DNA of 64,000 nucleotides, taken from Lama glama (taxonomy: Eukaryota). The stretch lies in NCBI GenBank assembly GCA_028534125.1, contig CM052818.1, positions 47,556,001 to 47,620,000 on the forward strand, in the 5' to 3' direction. Each line of letters opens with the position of its first letter. Positions within the stretch are counted from its first letter, which is position 1. The position numbers were made by a program, and so were the translations under genes. Shown piece by piece: positions 12,601-24,659 of this stretch. The notes beneath the pieces are model-generated. The model had not been told where the DNA came from, did no database searches, and was given only the letters and a program-made list of their open reading frames with translations.

Positions 12601-14216
12601 TCCTCACCTAACAGAAACGTGGCGAGCATGGTTCTACTTTCCTACATAGGCACGTCAGTCTTTTCCAATAGAATGCATACTGTCCATCAAATTTTCCCTT
12701 TTGATTTAATGTTTGTGTTTATTTTAAAGAAAAATGTATCCATATGTTTCTGCATCATTTATACCTCTCGTCAAAATGCTGTTTCTTCAACAGCTGTTTG
12801 TCATTCAAAAATTCCTGGGAGAAAATGAATAAGCAAGTTTGGTTTTGCGGTGGGAAGCTTGCAAGTGCACGCAGCATCCAAGCTCAGCATGTCAGCGTGT
12901 ACCTAGTTATTCCCTGAAGAAAGTAGGGTTTGTACAAATACTGAATGGAGTTGATTGCAATAGAGACCTTCTCCAGCCATCCGATTGGTTAAATCTATTG
13001 TCAGGTAGTAACATTCAAAACAAAGGCACCTTGGATACACAAGGATTAGTTCCTTCTGTGAAATTACCAAGTTATAAAATGATTTCACATTCACACTTGG
13101 CCAACATTATACTCTGTAGGGCAGCCAGCTCTGTCATTAGGGTTCTCTAGGGTCCCCTGTTCCCTGGCGTCCGGATCTCTCTTGGCAGGAAAATAGCGTC
13201 ATCCCTTTGCTCCTACTTTCTAAGTTCAGAAATCCACAGCATAACCAGTCACCAGCAACCAGGAATTCCAGTGCCAGTAACAAAAGCAGAAGGGGACCTT
13301 GGAGGTCAGGGCTGACGCAGCGACAGTGCAGAGGCCCATGTGTCATGGCCCAGTTTCTCTTCCTGGTTCTTCACATCTCCCTCGGTTGCTTCTAAGTAGG
13401 GTCCTCCAGCCATCTGCTGGTTCTGGGAGCTCCCTTCCAAACATCTTCATAATAGCTTCCCTTCTGATTGACTTTGTTAGAATCAGTGCTGTTCCACTGA
13501 AATGGTCTGGTGTCATCCTGTTACAGGCGAAGCAGTGAAGACTCCGGAATTCCTGCTCACCGTCTCACAACCGGAGAGTGGCAGGGCTGACTGCGAATCC
13601 TTGTCCTTTCCTGTTACATCCATTGATATGTTTCCATTCGATGGATATTCTTACAGTCTCCCTCGTCCTCTGAGATGGTAAAGGAAAGTTTCTAACACAG
13701 CCAGAAGTCCTCGTCATCTGAGAAGGTCCCATCTGAGAGCCCTCTCCTCTCCAATGCCTTCTTCCACAGCACAAGCACAGCTGGCTGCTCCCTTCCCCCG
13801 GCCCCGTAACCATTCCCCTATATTTCTGTTAGAAAAAAACACACAGATTTTATTAAGCTGCCGCACAGTTTTTCTTTATTCTCTCCCTAAAGTAAATTAT
13901 AAAAACAAAACACAATTCTTCATTAGAGGAAGGATAGTTCCTTCTTCGTTTTATACCCAGGCCGTGGACATCTCGGGTGCTCAACAGTGATTGTTTAGTA
14001 AACAAATCAGTCAGTGAGCAAAAGCTGCAGTGGAACAGGCTGTCGGAACTCTCAGGGGATGCTGGGAAGTGTTAGGTGTCAGGAGAACAGGATGACGCCC
14101 AACTTGATTCACAGTCTAGTGACAACGTCCCATCAAGATCCAGGGAATCTGCTCCAGGATCCGTAACCGGAGGGAGCTGATAGTGCCACACCCATGGGGG
14201 TGTGAGGCTGCCTCTG

Positions 14217-14828
14217 TGTGGGAGCCCATGATGGGTTAACAAATTGTAGCAGATCCCAGCCGCTTATCTCCTTAAAGAAGATCTGCTAAGTACCTGCCTT
14301 GAGGTTTTAGCGATGACCCAGGCCCCCCCGCTATAAACGCCGGGCATGCCTGCTGTTATGTTAGTCTTCTATTCCCAAAACAGCCTTGGGCTGGAATGGT
14401 AAAAAACTGCAGCCTCAGAGGTGAGAAGGCTGGGTAGCCAATGACAGGTAAGCCCCGCTGAGGGGGCAACCTGAGACAGGCACAGCCGCCTGAGTCCAGG
14501 AAAATCTTGTCAATCAGCTGATTCTCTTACATTCCGCCCTGATAAACTGAAAGGCCCAACAGGATTATCATTCACCAAAAAAGGTCTTCTGACCTTGAGC
14601 CAAACACCGACAACAAACGAAGCCTTTGCACTCATTGTGATCCCACCCTGTCCTTCCCTAAATTCCTGCTTCAACTGTGCTCAGTAAATATGAGAGATTT
14701 GAGAGGCTCCTGGAGTTGGCTCCCGGCTCCCTCTCGCTCTCTTGACTTTTCCCCAGAGTCTTGAGTAATTCATTCCGTCTCTGTGGGATTTCTGCCGGCC
14801 AGAACCCACAACTGGTGACGAACCCACA
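14217..14828 (+). mobile_element. Solo ERV LTR, probably class II (ERV2/ERVK-like), 612 bp
   Basis: TGTGGG...CCCACA inverted termini; perfect 6-bp TSD CCTCTG at 14211-14216 and 14829-14834; AGTAAA poly(A)-type signal at ~14683. Confidence 0.8.
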
Positions 14829-15654
14829 CCTCTGCAATGTTCCTATTCAAATGTCGTAGAGAAAGACATTCGAAGCGTGTGGACAGCCCCTCTCAACCTT
14901 GCCTGATGACTTAAGATGCTGAGAAGCCCAGTTACCTGGAATTGCTTTTCTACCAGTCTCCTGAGGCGCTCCAGCCTGAGCTTGGACGCACGTCTCCAGG
15001 AGGCGGTTTTCTTCCCTGGTGGGATAACCAGCGAGCCAGGGACGGTGTGGCCACCCTGGGGGTCAGGCAGAGCCCGAGGGGCTGGCGGGGAGGGAGCACG
15101 TGCTGCCCTGTGCCCGAGGGCCCCCTGCAAGGGTGTTGGGGTTGGGGTACGTTCTGGATTTGAGGATCTGAGCACCATGGACCGGGGTGGTGGGGGCTGG
15201 TACTGAAAGATGCAGGACACAGAGCAGATTTGTGAGGACAGGCATAGACACAGGGCCACGCACACAGAGAGGCGCAGCAAGAGATGCTGAAGACAGGATG
15301 CCTGAGGTTTTTGCTCAAAATAGACAGGGTAGGCTTTCCCGACTTCTCTGAAACGGTTCCCAGAATTCTATGTCCTAGAAATTAATTCAGGAATGAACGC
15401 TTCCCAGGTGCCCAGCTGGATCCATGGAGAGACGATTTGCTCTCTAGGGTAGCAAACTCAGCGTTCACACGAGAGACGAAAGAAGGACCTCCCAGGCTTG
15501 AGCAGGGTAATTAAACGTAGACTGGAGTTGACTTCGACAACACATCCTTGGGGGCAAGCGACGGGGGTCCCGGCTAGGCATGAGGGCCTTCTCTCACCTC
15601 CACTGCCCTACGGAGTGTAGACTTAAAATTGTGCGATTACAAGTAGAAGGTGGT

Positions 15655-16062
15655 GCATGGCACTCCTGTGATTGTTACGCTGTGTAAGACTGTGTCTTCC
15701 TTGAAGCCTCCCTCTAGCGCTCCTAGGCCACCTTGAGGATGTAAAAGGCCATGTTTCGGAAGCCCACGTGGGAAGGAACCACAGGGGGTCTCTGGGTAAC
15801 TCGAGCAGCCTCTTGATGCTGAGAATAGCTTCGGACCAACAGCCGGCAAAAAAGGCTGGCTCTCCCAGTCCTACAGCCGCAAGTGCCCTCAGCAACTGTG
15901 GGAGCAGGAAGACTCTTCCTGGGGGGAGTCTCCAGAGGGCAGCCCAGCCCCGGCCACCTCCTCGACCGTGGCCTCCGGCGATCCTAAGCCAAGGATGCAG
16001 CTAAGCCATGCGTTGTTTCAAGCCACTTGGCTTGTGTTCTACAGCGACAGAAGGCTAATACA
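15655..16062 (+). mobile_element. MLT1 (E/F/G-like) MaLR LTR
   Basis: 'cccacgtgggaaggaacc', 'cagtcctacagccgcaag', 'cagctaagccatgc', ending 'ggctaataca'. Confidence 0.75.
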
Positions 16063-16309
16063 ACGGTGTAGCTGGCCTTCTAGCAAAACCTTAGTGCATA
16101 ATTCTTACATGATCCATGTCTCAGATTCCAACTGAAAAGAAGCAGAAACAGGTGGAGTACAGAGGAAGGAGCATCTATGATTCATTTCCTTTTTCTCCTC
16201 CCTCCCTCCCTCTCTCCCTTCCTTCCTTCTGCCTTCTCCATTTTGAAACACATCTATTATTCAGTACTGTTGATTTATAGTAACTAAACACACCATTGTT
16301 CGTGACCGA

Positions 16310-16520
16310 ATGTGGTATGTTACTGTGGAAATGTTCTACTTTGGGGGGAAAGACAGATGTGGATTTAAATGGAAACATCACCTCTTGCTGGCTGTGGGGC
16401 CTTGCACAAACCACTTAATCTCTCTGTGCCTCACATTCTTCTCCAGGCAAATGGAGAAGATGTCTTCTACTGGGATAGTGAATTGATGTGAAGTGAGCAC
16501 ACAGGCAGGGCAGGAATGTC
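16310..16520 (+). mobile_element. MIR SINE
   Basis: 'gctgtggggccttgcacaaaccacttaatctctctgtgcctca...aaatggaga'. Confidence 0.7.
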
Positions 16521-16564
16521 TAGCGGTGCTCATTGCTAGAGTCAAGTAATCATTTATTTTAAAA

Positions 16565-16775
16565 TAATAATAGCTAATATTTACTGAGTCCTTATTTTGG
16601 GCCAGTGTTCTAAATACATTATATATGTTTACTCAGGTAATTTTTACAGTAATCCTAAGAAGTAGTTACTATTATCATCCCATTTTGCAAATGAGGAAAC
16701 AAAAGAGCTGAGAAATTAGAGATCAGACCCAAATCCCAGGGCTGGGATTCCAACCTAGACAGTCCACCTCCTTCA
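16565..16775 (-). mobile_element. MIR SINE
   Basis: 'aataatagctaatatttactgag...attatcatcccattttgcaaatgaggaaac'. Confidence 0.8.
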
Positions 16776-17847
16776 GAGCTCAGCTTGTGTCTGGCAGCGG
16801 GATCGTGACTGGGGAGGGCCACTTGGGGACCGAGACTGCGACACCGGCTGGCCGTGCAGCTCCTCAGAGAAGCAGACTTGCTCCAACCTGGGAGCAGCAG
16901 ACATGAGAAAGGGTTCCCACAGCAGCACAAACAGAAATTAATTCTTGTGCCCGAGCATCGATGTGTCTTTACAAAAACACCTCCAGCGGGAGACGGCAGC
17001 CACGCTCTGGGGGTAGCTGGGCGACCAGGAGACCTTCCCGGAGTGTATCAGCCACGTGTAAAACCGCCGCTGGGAGACAGCTTCCACAGCCAAACAGCTG
17101 ATGTCCCGCTGATTGTCTGAGTGTGTATCATCTGAGAAGTCTCCCTGCCTTTGCGTGTGTGTTTGTAGAATGACACGGCCTCCTTTCTTCAGGTCTTTAG
17201 AGATGAATCTCAGCAAAGCCATTGGGTGGGGCCCTAAGCAGGACCCGGGTCACTGCAGCCAAGAGAGGGCCATGGAGGACTCAGTTCTTGTGCGGCGCTC
17301 CCCGGAGGCAGAGGGCGCAGCGGCCCCTCGCTCCCCAGGGGCCCTGTGCCGGGGGGGGGGGGGGGGGTGCTGGGCGGGAGCTCTTCAGAAAGGTGGGGGC
17401 CGCGTCAGAACAGGCAGACTTCTGAGACGCCCCAGAGGTCACAAGTATGTACTTGGCTGCCAAACGCTTTCAAGAAACAAAACCCTTGTCACCTGCCCCT
17501 GTGAAAACAAATTATCCTTGAGAATTTAGGTTCTCCAAGAGTGCATTAAACAAGTGACAGCCTCCAGGACGGGGAAGCGTATTGAGACCTGCAGGCTCTG
17601 TGATTTTACACTGAGTGGGGAAGAGCCCACCGTGCGTTACTGGGATCACCGGGCGGTGCCGCGCACAGCACCGCAGGTGAGCCCCACGGATCCCGCTTCT
17701 TCCCAGGGCTGCTACCGTCCACCTGTCCCGTGGGGTGACTGTCCACGGGCTGGAGACAGACGTCAGAACACAGAGCTGCTGGACTGAGGTCAGCCATGAC
17801 CCTGATGCAGGAAAAACAGATGTGGGCATGAGGAGGGCCGTGTCCCA

Positions 17848-18437
17848 GGCCACGGCTGAGCCCCTGGGGCGTGCCCTGCCAAGCATGGGTCCTTGGCTTC
17901 TCGCAGGAAAGAATTCAAGAGCGAGCCACAGTTGAGTAAAGGTAGATTTATTCAGAGAGATCCATCGAAAGGCAAGAGGAAGGCCACGAGGTGTAGGGGT
18001 TGGGTGCTCAGATTAAAAGTAGGTACACACTCCATAGACAGAATATGGGCTGTCTCCAAAGAGGGAGAAAGAGGGGGCAGTGACCATGAGGCACCGTGTT
18101 GCCAGTTTTTTGGGGCTCAGTGTCTTCATATGCTAATGAGTGGAAGGCCCAGTCCAACTAGCCTGGGGAAGGGGCTGGGATTCCCAGGAAGATGGCCATT
18201 TCCCACTCTGCCCTTCTGTGGCTAGCCTGGGGACTGCCGCGGTGCCTGTGGGTGTTATTCACCATGTTAATATATTACAAGGAGCGTATAATGAAACTCA
18301 AGTTCTGCTAGAAGTCAAATCTCCCATCCTCTTGAGCCTCAAGGCCTCCTGGGGGTTGACTCTGCCACCATTTTGATGCTAATTGCTGTAGCATTCCTTG
18401 CATGGCTGTGCCCTCCCCCCTTTTTGCCTCTACCTCA
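17848..18437 (-). mobile_element. Solo ERV1-class LTR, ~590 bp
   Basis: The minus strand starts TGAGGTAGAGGC; 4-bp TSD CCCA at 17844-17847 and 18438-18441; typical ERV1 U5/R 'gggtccttggcttctcgcaggaaagaattcaagagcgagcc...tttattc' (AATAAA on the minus strand). Confidence 0.8.
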
Positions 18438-18906
18438 CCCAGAAAGACAACTCCTGGAAGGAAGCCAAGGAATTCGCTGCCTGAGGACACAGGCCACCAT
18501 GTCAACCTGAAGAGAGAAAAATCTAGGTAAGGGGAGGTGTAACCCGAGGACCCTGACTTTATCGTTGATTGTTCTCCCGAGGAAATGACTTGTCATTCTT
18601 CTGGGGGATTTGCCACTGAAGCACTTTGCTCCAGGGAAAGTACGTGAAATGAAACTTGTCAGTCTTGCTTTTATAAACTGTGAGAAGGAGGCTCTTAAGG
18701 ACACTTACTCTCCCCTACCTGCCTTTGTTTCCCCACCATCTTGCATGCGGTTTAGCAGATTACGGTCTGCTGCTCGATTTTGACCGGCTTCAAGCGAAGG
18801 GTGGTGAAAAAAAAAATGTTTAAATAGTTGAAAAATAATGAAGAGAAGATTGGTATTTCTTGTATGTACAATTATATAAAATTCAAATCTCCATTAGTAA
18901 AATTTT

Positions 18907-19051
18907 TTAAAGTTTTTTTTTATTTTTTGGGGGGGTAATTAGGTTTATTTATTTATTATTATTTATTTATTTTGATGGAGGTACTGGGGATTGAACCCAG
19001 GACCCTGTGCGTATGCTAAGCATGTGTTCTACCACTGAGCTATTACTTCCC
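18907..19051 (-). mobile_element. vic-1-type camelid tRNA-derived SINE
   Basis: Minus strand GGGGAAGTAATAGCTCAGTGGTAGA (A box)...GGGTTCAATCCCCAGTACCTCC (B box), (AAAT)n, AAACCTAATTACCCCCCC, poly-A; 18-bp TSD CTCCATTAGTAAAATTTT at 18889-18906 and 19052-19069. Confidence 0.9.
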
Positions 19052-19075
19052 CTCCATTAGTAAAATTTTAATTTT

Positions 19076-19277
19076 CAGCTTTGGTTCTTTGGTACGATGG
19101 ACATTCTGGGTCAGGTAAGTCTTTGGTGCGGCGGTGGGGGTGGCGGGCTGCTCTGTGCACTGAGGGATGTTCAGCACCCACTAGATGACCCCAGCACCTT
19201 CTCCCTCGTGACAATCAAACTGTCCAGGTACCACGGGCCATCTCCTGGAAGGCATGATCGCCCCCTGAGAACTGTGT
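19076..19277. mobile_element. MER20 hAT-Charlie
   Basis: 'ggacattctgggtcagg...ctgtgcactgagggatgttcagcacccactagatg...gtgacaatcaaa...atcgccccctgagaactgtg'. Confidence 0.8.
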
Positions 19278-19869
19278 TTTCATGAAAACGCAATCATGTT
19301 CATTCATTTTGCTGTTGTCTGTTTTTGTGTGACAACGACAGAGTTGACAAGTTACATAAGGGCCGTCAGCCCCACAGAGCTTAAATATTTACTCCTGGCC
19401 CTTTAGGAAACAATTCTCTCTGCTGTAACAAATAGAAGGTCTCGGCATTTTAAAAAGGAATGAAACGGGAAGGGAAGGGAGAGAGAGTCAGAGAACAGGC
19501 TGGTCAGGCAAAGGCTTTCGGGAAAATGAGGTTTTTGTTCCTTTGTTTTTCAGCGAAACCTGATCAACACACAAGCATCAGGCTGCAGCCCAGCCTTTTC
19601 AGGAAAAACACCCAAAGTACAAGCTCATTTCTAAAGCAACACTGAGGGCCCTAAGATCGGCCTCTTCTATTTAAACTCCAGGAAGCTACCATCTATCTCG
19701 GAAATCTGCAAGTCAACTAAAAAGAGGCGAGTGGGGGAACTTGTAAGCATTGACCCTTATGAGCAGCTCCGGAGCGATGTGAATATATCAGCGGCGTGTG
19801 AATGACCAGCACGTTCCAAGTCGACCTGCTGGACACCATTTCTGAAATCCATGGACGAGAAAGGACTTG

Positions 19870-20050
19870 ACAGTGACTGAACACTCACCCTGTGTCAGGC
19901 ACGCAGAGAGAATCTATACAAATGCGTGACCCTCCCAAAGCCCTTTGAGGTGCTCTTTATCGCTGACATGAGGAGACTGAAGGTTATAAATGTGAAGGGA
20001 CTTGATCTGGGGGAGACAGGGGCAGAGCTGGGACTCTGCTTGGGACCTGG
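19870..20050 (-). mobile_element. MIR SINE
   Basis: 'actgaacactcaccctgtgtcaggcac...atgaggagactgaagg...ggcagagctgggact'. Confidence 0.65.
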
Positions 20051-22249
20051 ATCCTGCAGAACCCTTCCGTTGTCACAGCCGTGACCCACGTGTAGGAAAA
20101 CTGATTTGAATCAGCTGCGTTCACCAGGACAGCGAGTCTCTGGAGTGATCTTGGGCACAGAGGGAACCGAGTCAGGCAACAGGTTTGCTGAGTAGAGCTC
20201 ATGGCCACAGGGCAAAGATCTGCCAGGGGAGCCACAGCCCGGCTGCTTCCGCTCCCAGGGAGCACGAACTGATGTGTCCTGGGGTGACCCGGCCTGTCTA
20301 CAATTTTGGGAAAGTGGCAGCATCTCCAGACGGCATGTGAAGCAACATCAGAAAGACAGTGGCAGACACTCTGGGAGAGTAAATGGCCTGAAAATCATGC
20401 GTGCAGCAGCAGGCAGTATAAAGAGAGATTTATCACTTGTGCTGATAAATTGACAGTGAAATTAAAAAGCTTAATGATTTCAGCATGAATTTTGAGAGGC
20501 ATCTTTCCCCACTGAACATATGAAAAAGTTTCAAAGCATTTTGCAGCAATAAAACATCTGTGACCCAATTTACACAAAAAAAAAAAAAAAGAAGAAGAAG
20601 AAAATCAAGAGTTGTTGTTAAGGTAACAAAGAATGGCAAGATGGTTATAAACCTTTATACCATCTTCTGTCAATAAAGGGATCCTTGTGCATGTAGCAGC
20701 CATCAAAAGTGTGTCCATATAAATCTTGAGTGTGTGGGGAGGTGGGGAGGAGTTCTGTAGGATACAAAACACCACCGAGAAGAACGTATAAAGGTTTGTG
20801 AGGGATCAAAGACCAAAGGAAGAGATGCGCTGAGAGTTCACTAATGGAAAGATAACGGCTTTCAGTAGCTGGTGAGAAAGAAAAGATAAAATGGATGGAT
20901 TTTAAGGACAAAAACACACTTGGAAAAAATATGACACAACTACATTATCTAAAAGCATTGAGTTACAAAAGTTCCAAGATGTTTCTCTCATTTCGTGTGC
21001 TGCTTAATGCAAAAAGATGGGAGGTATAGTCTGAAGGATTGAACGATTAGTTTTTAAAGGTTTTTGGTCATGTCTGGAGCTTAATTACAGTGGATCAGGA
21101 GAGGCTTAAAAAAAGGCATTTTTTTTTTTTAAGAAAACTGAGATCAGATCCAATATACTCAATAAATATTCACGCTTCTTGAGTGATTTGAAGTAGATTA
21201 TTTTAAACTGATATAAAATGTGGCAAAAATCTGTTCTAAAGAATGTATAGAATATTGACATATGGTAATTTACTAATTGGAAAAAAAATTTAGGCAACAC
21301 TTACTTCTGTAAGATGTGAAACTTAAATTGTACAAAGACTTAACTGGATTGAGTCGATGGAGAAAATTTTTTGACTTTGTGTCTTTCTCACTATTTCGTT
21401 CTGATTCTCCAGTGCCCAGGCAATTTTATGCACATTAAGTAGCCACCTTTGCAAGCATGTTCATTTTTAGCAAGGTTCCATTTGGTAAAGAAATCTTGGG
21501 ATATCCAAAATAAATACACACCTGAAAGTATTTTCTACGGGAACAATTTGGCTAACCCATTGTCTTAATGAACAGAATATGGATTTTAAAAACATGTGCT
21601 TGCATATCCCTTTTAAATGAACTTTTTTACATAAAAGATTAATTCATTATGCACTAAGCAGTAATTCTTTAAGGGCAGCACCATTTCTTAGCTGGAAGAA
21701 TGGGAATGTATCATCCTTTTGGGACTTTTTGACATATAGCATCACCCAGTGCCCTACCCACCCCCACCGCCAACCCAACCCTGGAAGAAAACCCTAGTGC
21801 ACATCTCCTAAATGACAGAATTGGCCAACCACCCTACATCCCATTCTTCTTAGAAATCAGGGCCGTGTTGGATCACTGTTATTGGTAAGAATAGGTCATT
21901 TCTCTGAAGTGTGTTTGGACATGGAGCAGGAACAAGCTCAGTGGTTTAACACTCTGGTCAGCATGGTCCTTGCCAAGGACTAGATTCCACCAGCTCAGCT
22001 GAAGCTGAGAACAGTTTCATATTTGGCTAGTAATACGTATTGGGAGCACTGCAGGGATGATTTAAGCTCAGCATCTTTCAAAACCTTTACATCACCGGGC
22101 AGAGAAAAGCAATATTAATAAAAGGTCATCAATGTGAAGGTCTATCTGGGCAGAGTTGATGTGGGTGGGTGAGCGTTTCTGTTCTGTATGGGGTATGAAG
22201 TGGTGGCCACTGGGCCAGCTGGGGCTCTCTCAACCAGGGGTTCCTTCGT

Positions 22250-22400
22250 GGGAATAAAAGTGCAGTGTTGCCAGTATCCCATGTCACAACCGTCGCTAAA
22301 AATCTGGATTTTTAAGTGAACTTGTCTAATTTTTATTTTAGAATCTAATTTTTAAAAATAGATGCTATGTAACCAACCCTGTAGCATAAAAACTCCGTAT
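22250..22400. mobile_element. MER45-like hAT fragment
   Basis: 'agtgttgccag...aaatctggatttttaagtgaacttgtctaattttt'. Confidence 0.4.
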
Positions 22401-23254
22401 CATGGGTTCCAGGATGCGCTGAGGTTGCTTGTGTGGGATGTCAGCTCAGGTGCCCTGGATCTATGGAGGTGCAGAGCCAGGCCCTCAGACGCACTTGCCT
22501 GGGTGCCATCGTGCTTTGTCTCCTTCCCATTGTCCCAGATTGCTTTTCTGACTCGTTGGGCTATTTTGGGGGGTCTGTTTCTTGTTTTACTTTTCATGCA
22601 GTGGGAACAATTGGGGTATATGATTAAAAGTATCCTCTTGAAACTCATCCCAGGTGTCTATTGTAAAGATAGAGTCATGGACATTGCTGGTTATGTGACA
22701 CTGAGTGATTTACGAGAACAACGAAGAAATGTCTGCCTACGTTTCATTACCAGAAAGAACTGTGCTTTTAAGGGGCAAAGACTGTTTTTATCCCTATGGA
22801 CCCTGTGACTCATCACAGGTCATGTCTGCATCTTGAACTTGAATGCTGGAAACTTAAATGTGAGTCTGTGTGAACGCCTGGGGATCTCTCCTACTTTCCT
22901 CTGCTCACTTCCCTTTGCTTTAACCCAATTCACATTCTTACTCATCGTTATTCCATTTATCTTGTCATACTGCCTGGGTTCTTGGTGAAATGAGTTACCT
23001 CCATTTCCAAACCGAGCAGAAAAGGAATATGGGGCAGGTATTTTAAAAACAAATTTTAAATATTTATAGTCTGCCTTCTTCTCAGGAGCAAGTTGTTTTT
23101 TACCTTAAGTGGGACAAAGAGTGGAGGAATTATTATATGGCCTCATTCTGGACCGAAAGACCTGTGATTGGACAGAGTCAAACTCAAAATTACCACCTAG
23201 AGAGGGGACAGGGTCCGAGGGAGGGGGAGTAGGCGGGACAACACTGAAGACTCC

Positions 23255-23485
23255 TCATCATCCATTCACCCACTGAAAGGCCACTGGTTTGCTCCAAGTT
23301 TTGGCAATTATGAATAAAGCTGCTATAAACATCTGTGTGCTGGGTTTTGTGTGGACATAAGCTTTGAACTCCTTTGGGTAAATACCAAGAAACACAATTG
23401 CTGATCATATGGTAAAAGTATATTTAGTTTTGTAAGAAACTGCCAAACTGTCTTTTAAAGTGGCTGCACTATTATACATCCTCAT
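23255..23485 (-). mobile_element. L1 ORF2 3' fragment
   Basis: 'ttttggcaattatgaataaagctgctataaacat...gggtaaataccaag...aagaaactgccaaactgtc'. Confidence 0.85.
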
Positions 23486-23699
23486 GATGCTGGCTTTTGA
23501 TTAGACTCTTTAAAATAGGGATTAAACACACCTTTCAAATAGGAATTAAACACCCTTGGGGTTGTATATTCACAATTAAGATCCTTCTTGCACTAACAAA
23601 CTACTGTTAGCATATGGATTAAAATATGTCTGTAAATATGTATTTATATATCAGATATAATTGTTTACCTTGAGATATTCTAGAAAAAATTATATAACC

Positions 23700-24260
23700 A
23701 AATTTCTAGGGTAAATGAGAAAAACATCTTAATGATAGGGAAAAATCAATAATCTTTTCTCAAGGATAGGTCAAGCTGGAAAAATAAATATCAAGAATAA
23801 AAATATTTCAATGACATAATTTATAAATGTGATCTGATATATGTATATAAGTGTATGTAAATGCCCTCAAACTATAAAATACATGTTCTTCTTAAGCCCA
23901 TATTAAATATTTTTATTTGCACTGATTACAAAGAAAGTCTAAAAAAAATATATATATATATATATATAGTGAAAGCCCTCTGACCATAAGACTTTTAAAC
24001 TAACAATAAACAAAGAAGAAAACAGTCTTACCTTTATAACTTTAAAAATTAAAAAAAAAATTAAAACACGACCTTGAAGAACTCAAGTGTTAAAGGAAAA
24101 ACAGACAATGTGAGCTATTACTAGTCAAACTCATGGCATATAGCAAACACAATTTTGATATAAATGAATAGCCTTAAATACATATTATTAAAATAAGGAA
24201 GACTGAAAATAAATGAGTTCATTGAGCAACTCAAGAAGCTAACCAAGGACAAGAAGTGAT
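23700..24260 (+). mobile_element. Old L1 ORF2 (endonuclease/linker region) remnant
   Basis: A-rich; 'aatacatgttcttcttaagccc', 'ctctgaccataa', 'aaaataaatgagttcattgagcaactcaagaagcta'. Confidence 0.55.
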
Positions 24261-24477
24261 ATGCATGAACAATTCAATGGAATAGGTGCCCCCCCTCAAT
24301 TTGTTTTCTTAACATGCTTGAATAAGAGAAAATGAGAAAAGGTCTTGTCAATGAATTTTAGGGTCAGATTTATGGTCTATTTCTTTCCTCTCTCCTCTCT
24401 CTTGCCCTTTTCCTCTCTTTGCTTTGTCAACATGCTGAGATTGGCCAATGGAGACAAGTCAGTACATTTGGTTCACA

Positions 24478-24532
24478 TAGATAGAAAGATAGACAGAAAG
24501 ATAAATAGAAAGACAGATAGATAATAGATAGA

Positions 24533-24576
<44 letters not shown>

Positions 24577-24640
24577 TAAGGGAGGGGAATAGATGGATGG
24601 ACAGGTAGATGGATGGATGAATAGACAAATGGATAGATAA
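24478..24640. repeat. Compound (GATA)n(GACA)n(GATG)n microsatellite
   Basis: Direct reading of the tetranucleotide runs. Confidence 0.9.
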
Positions 24641-24659
24641 TGTTTTCATCAAAATGGGT

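Larger units (their letters stand above)
18744..19422. mobile_element. MER58B hAT-Charlie, split by a SINE and MER20
   Basis: Left part 'aattatataaaattcaaat'; right part 'gacaacgacagagttgacaagtt...aaatatttactcctggccctttag'. Confidence 0.75.

Noticed and set aside
18975..19051. tRNA-like A/B boxes
   Set aside because: Head of a SINE with tail and TSD, not a tRNA gene.
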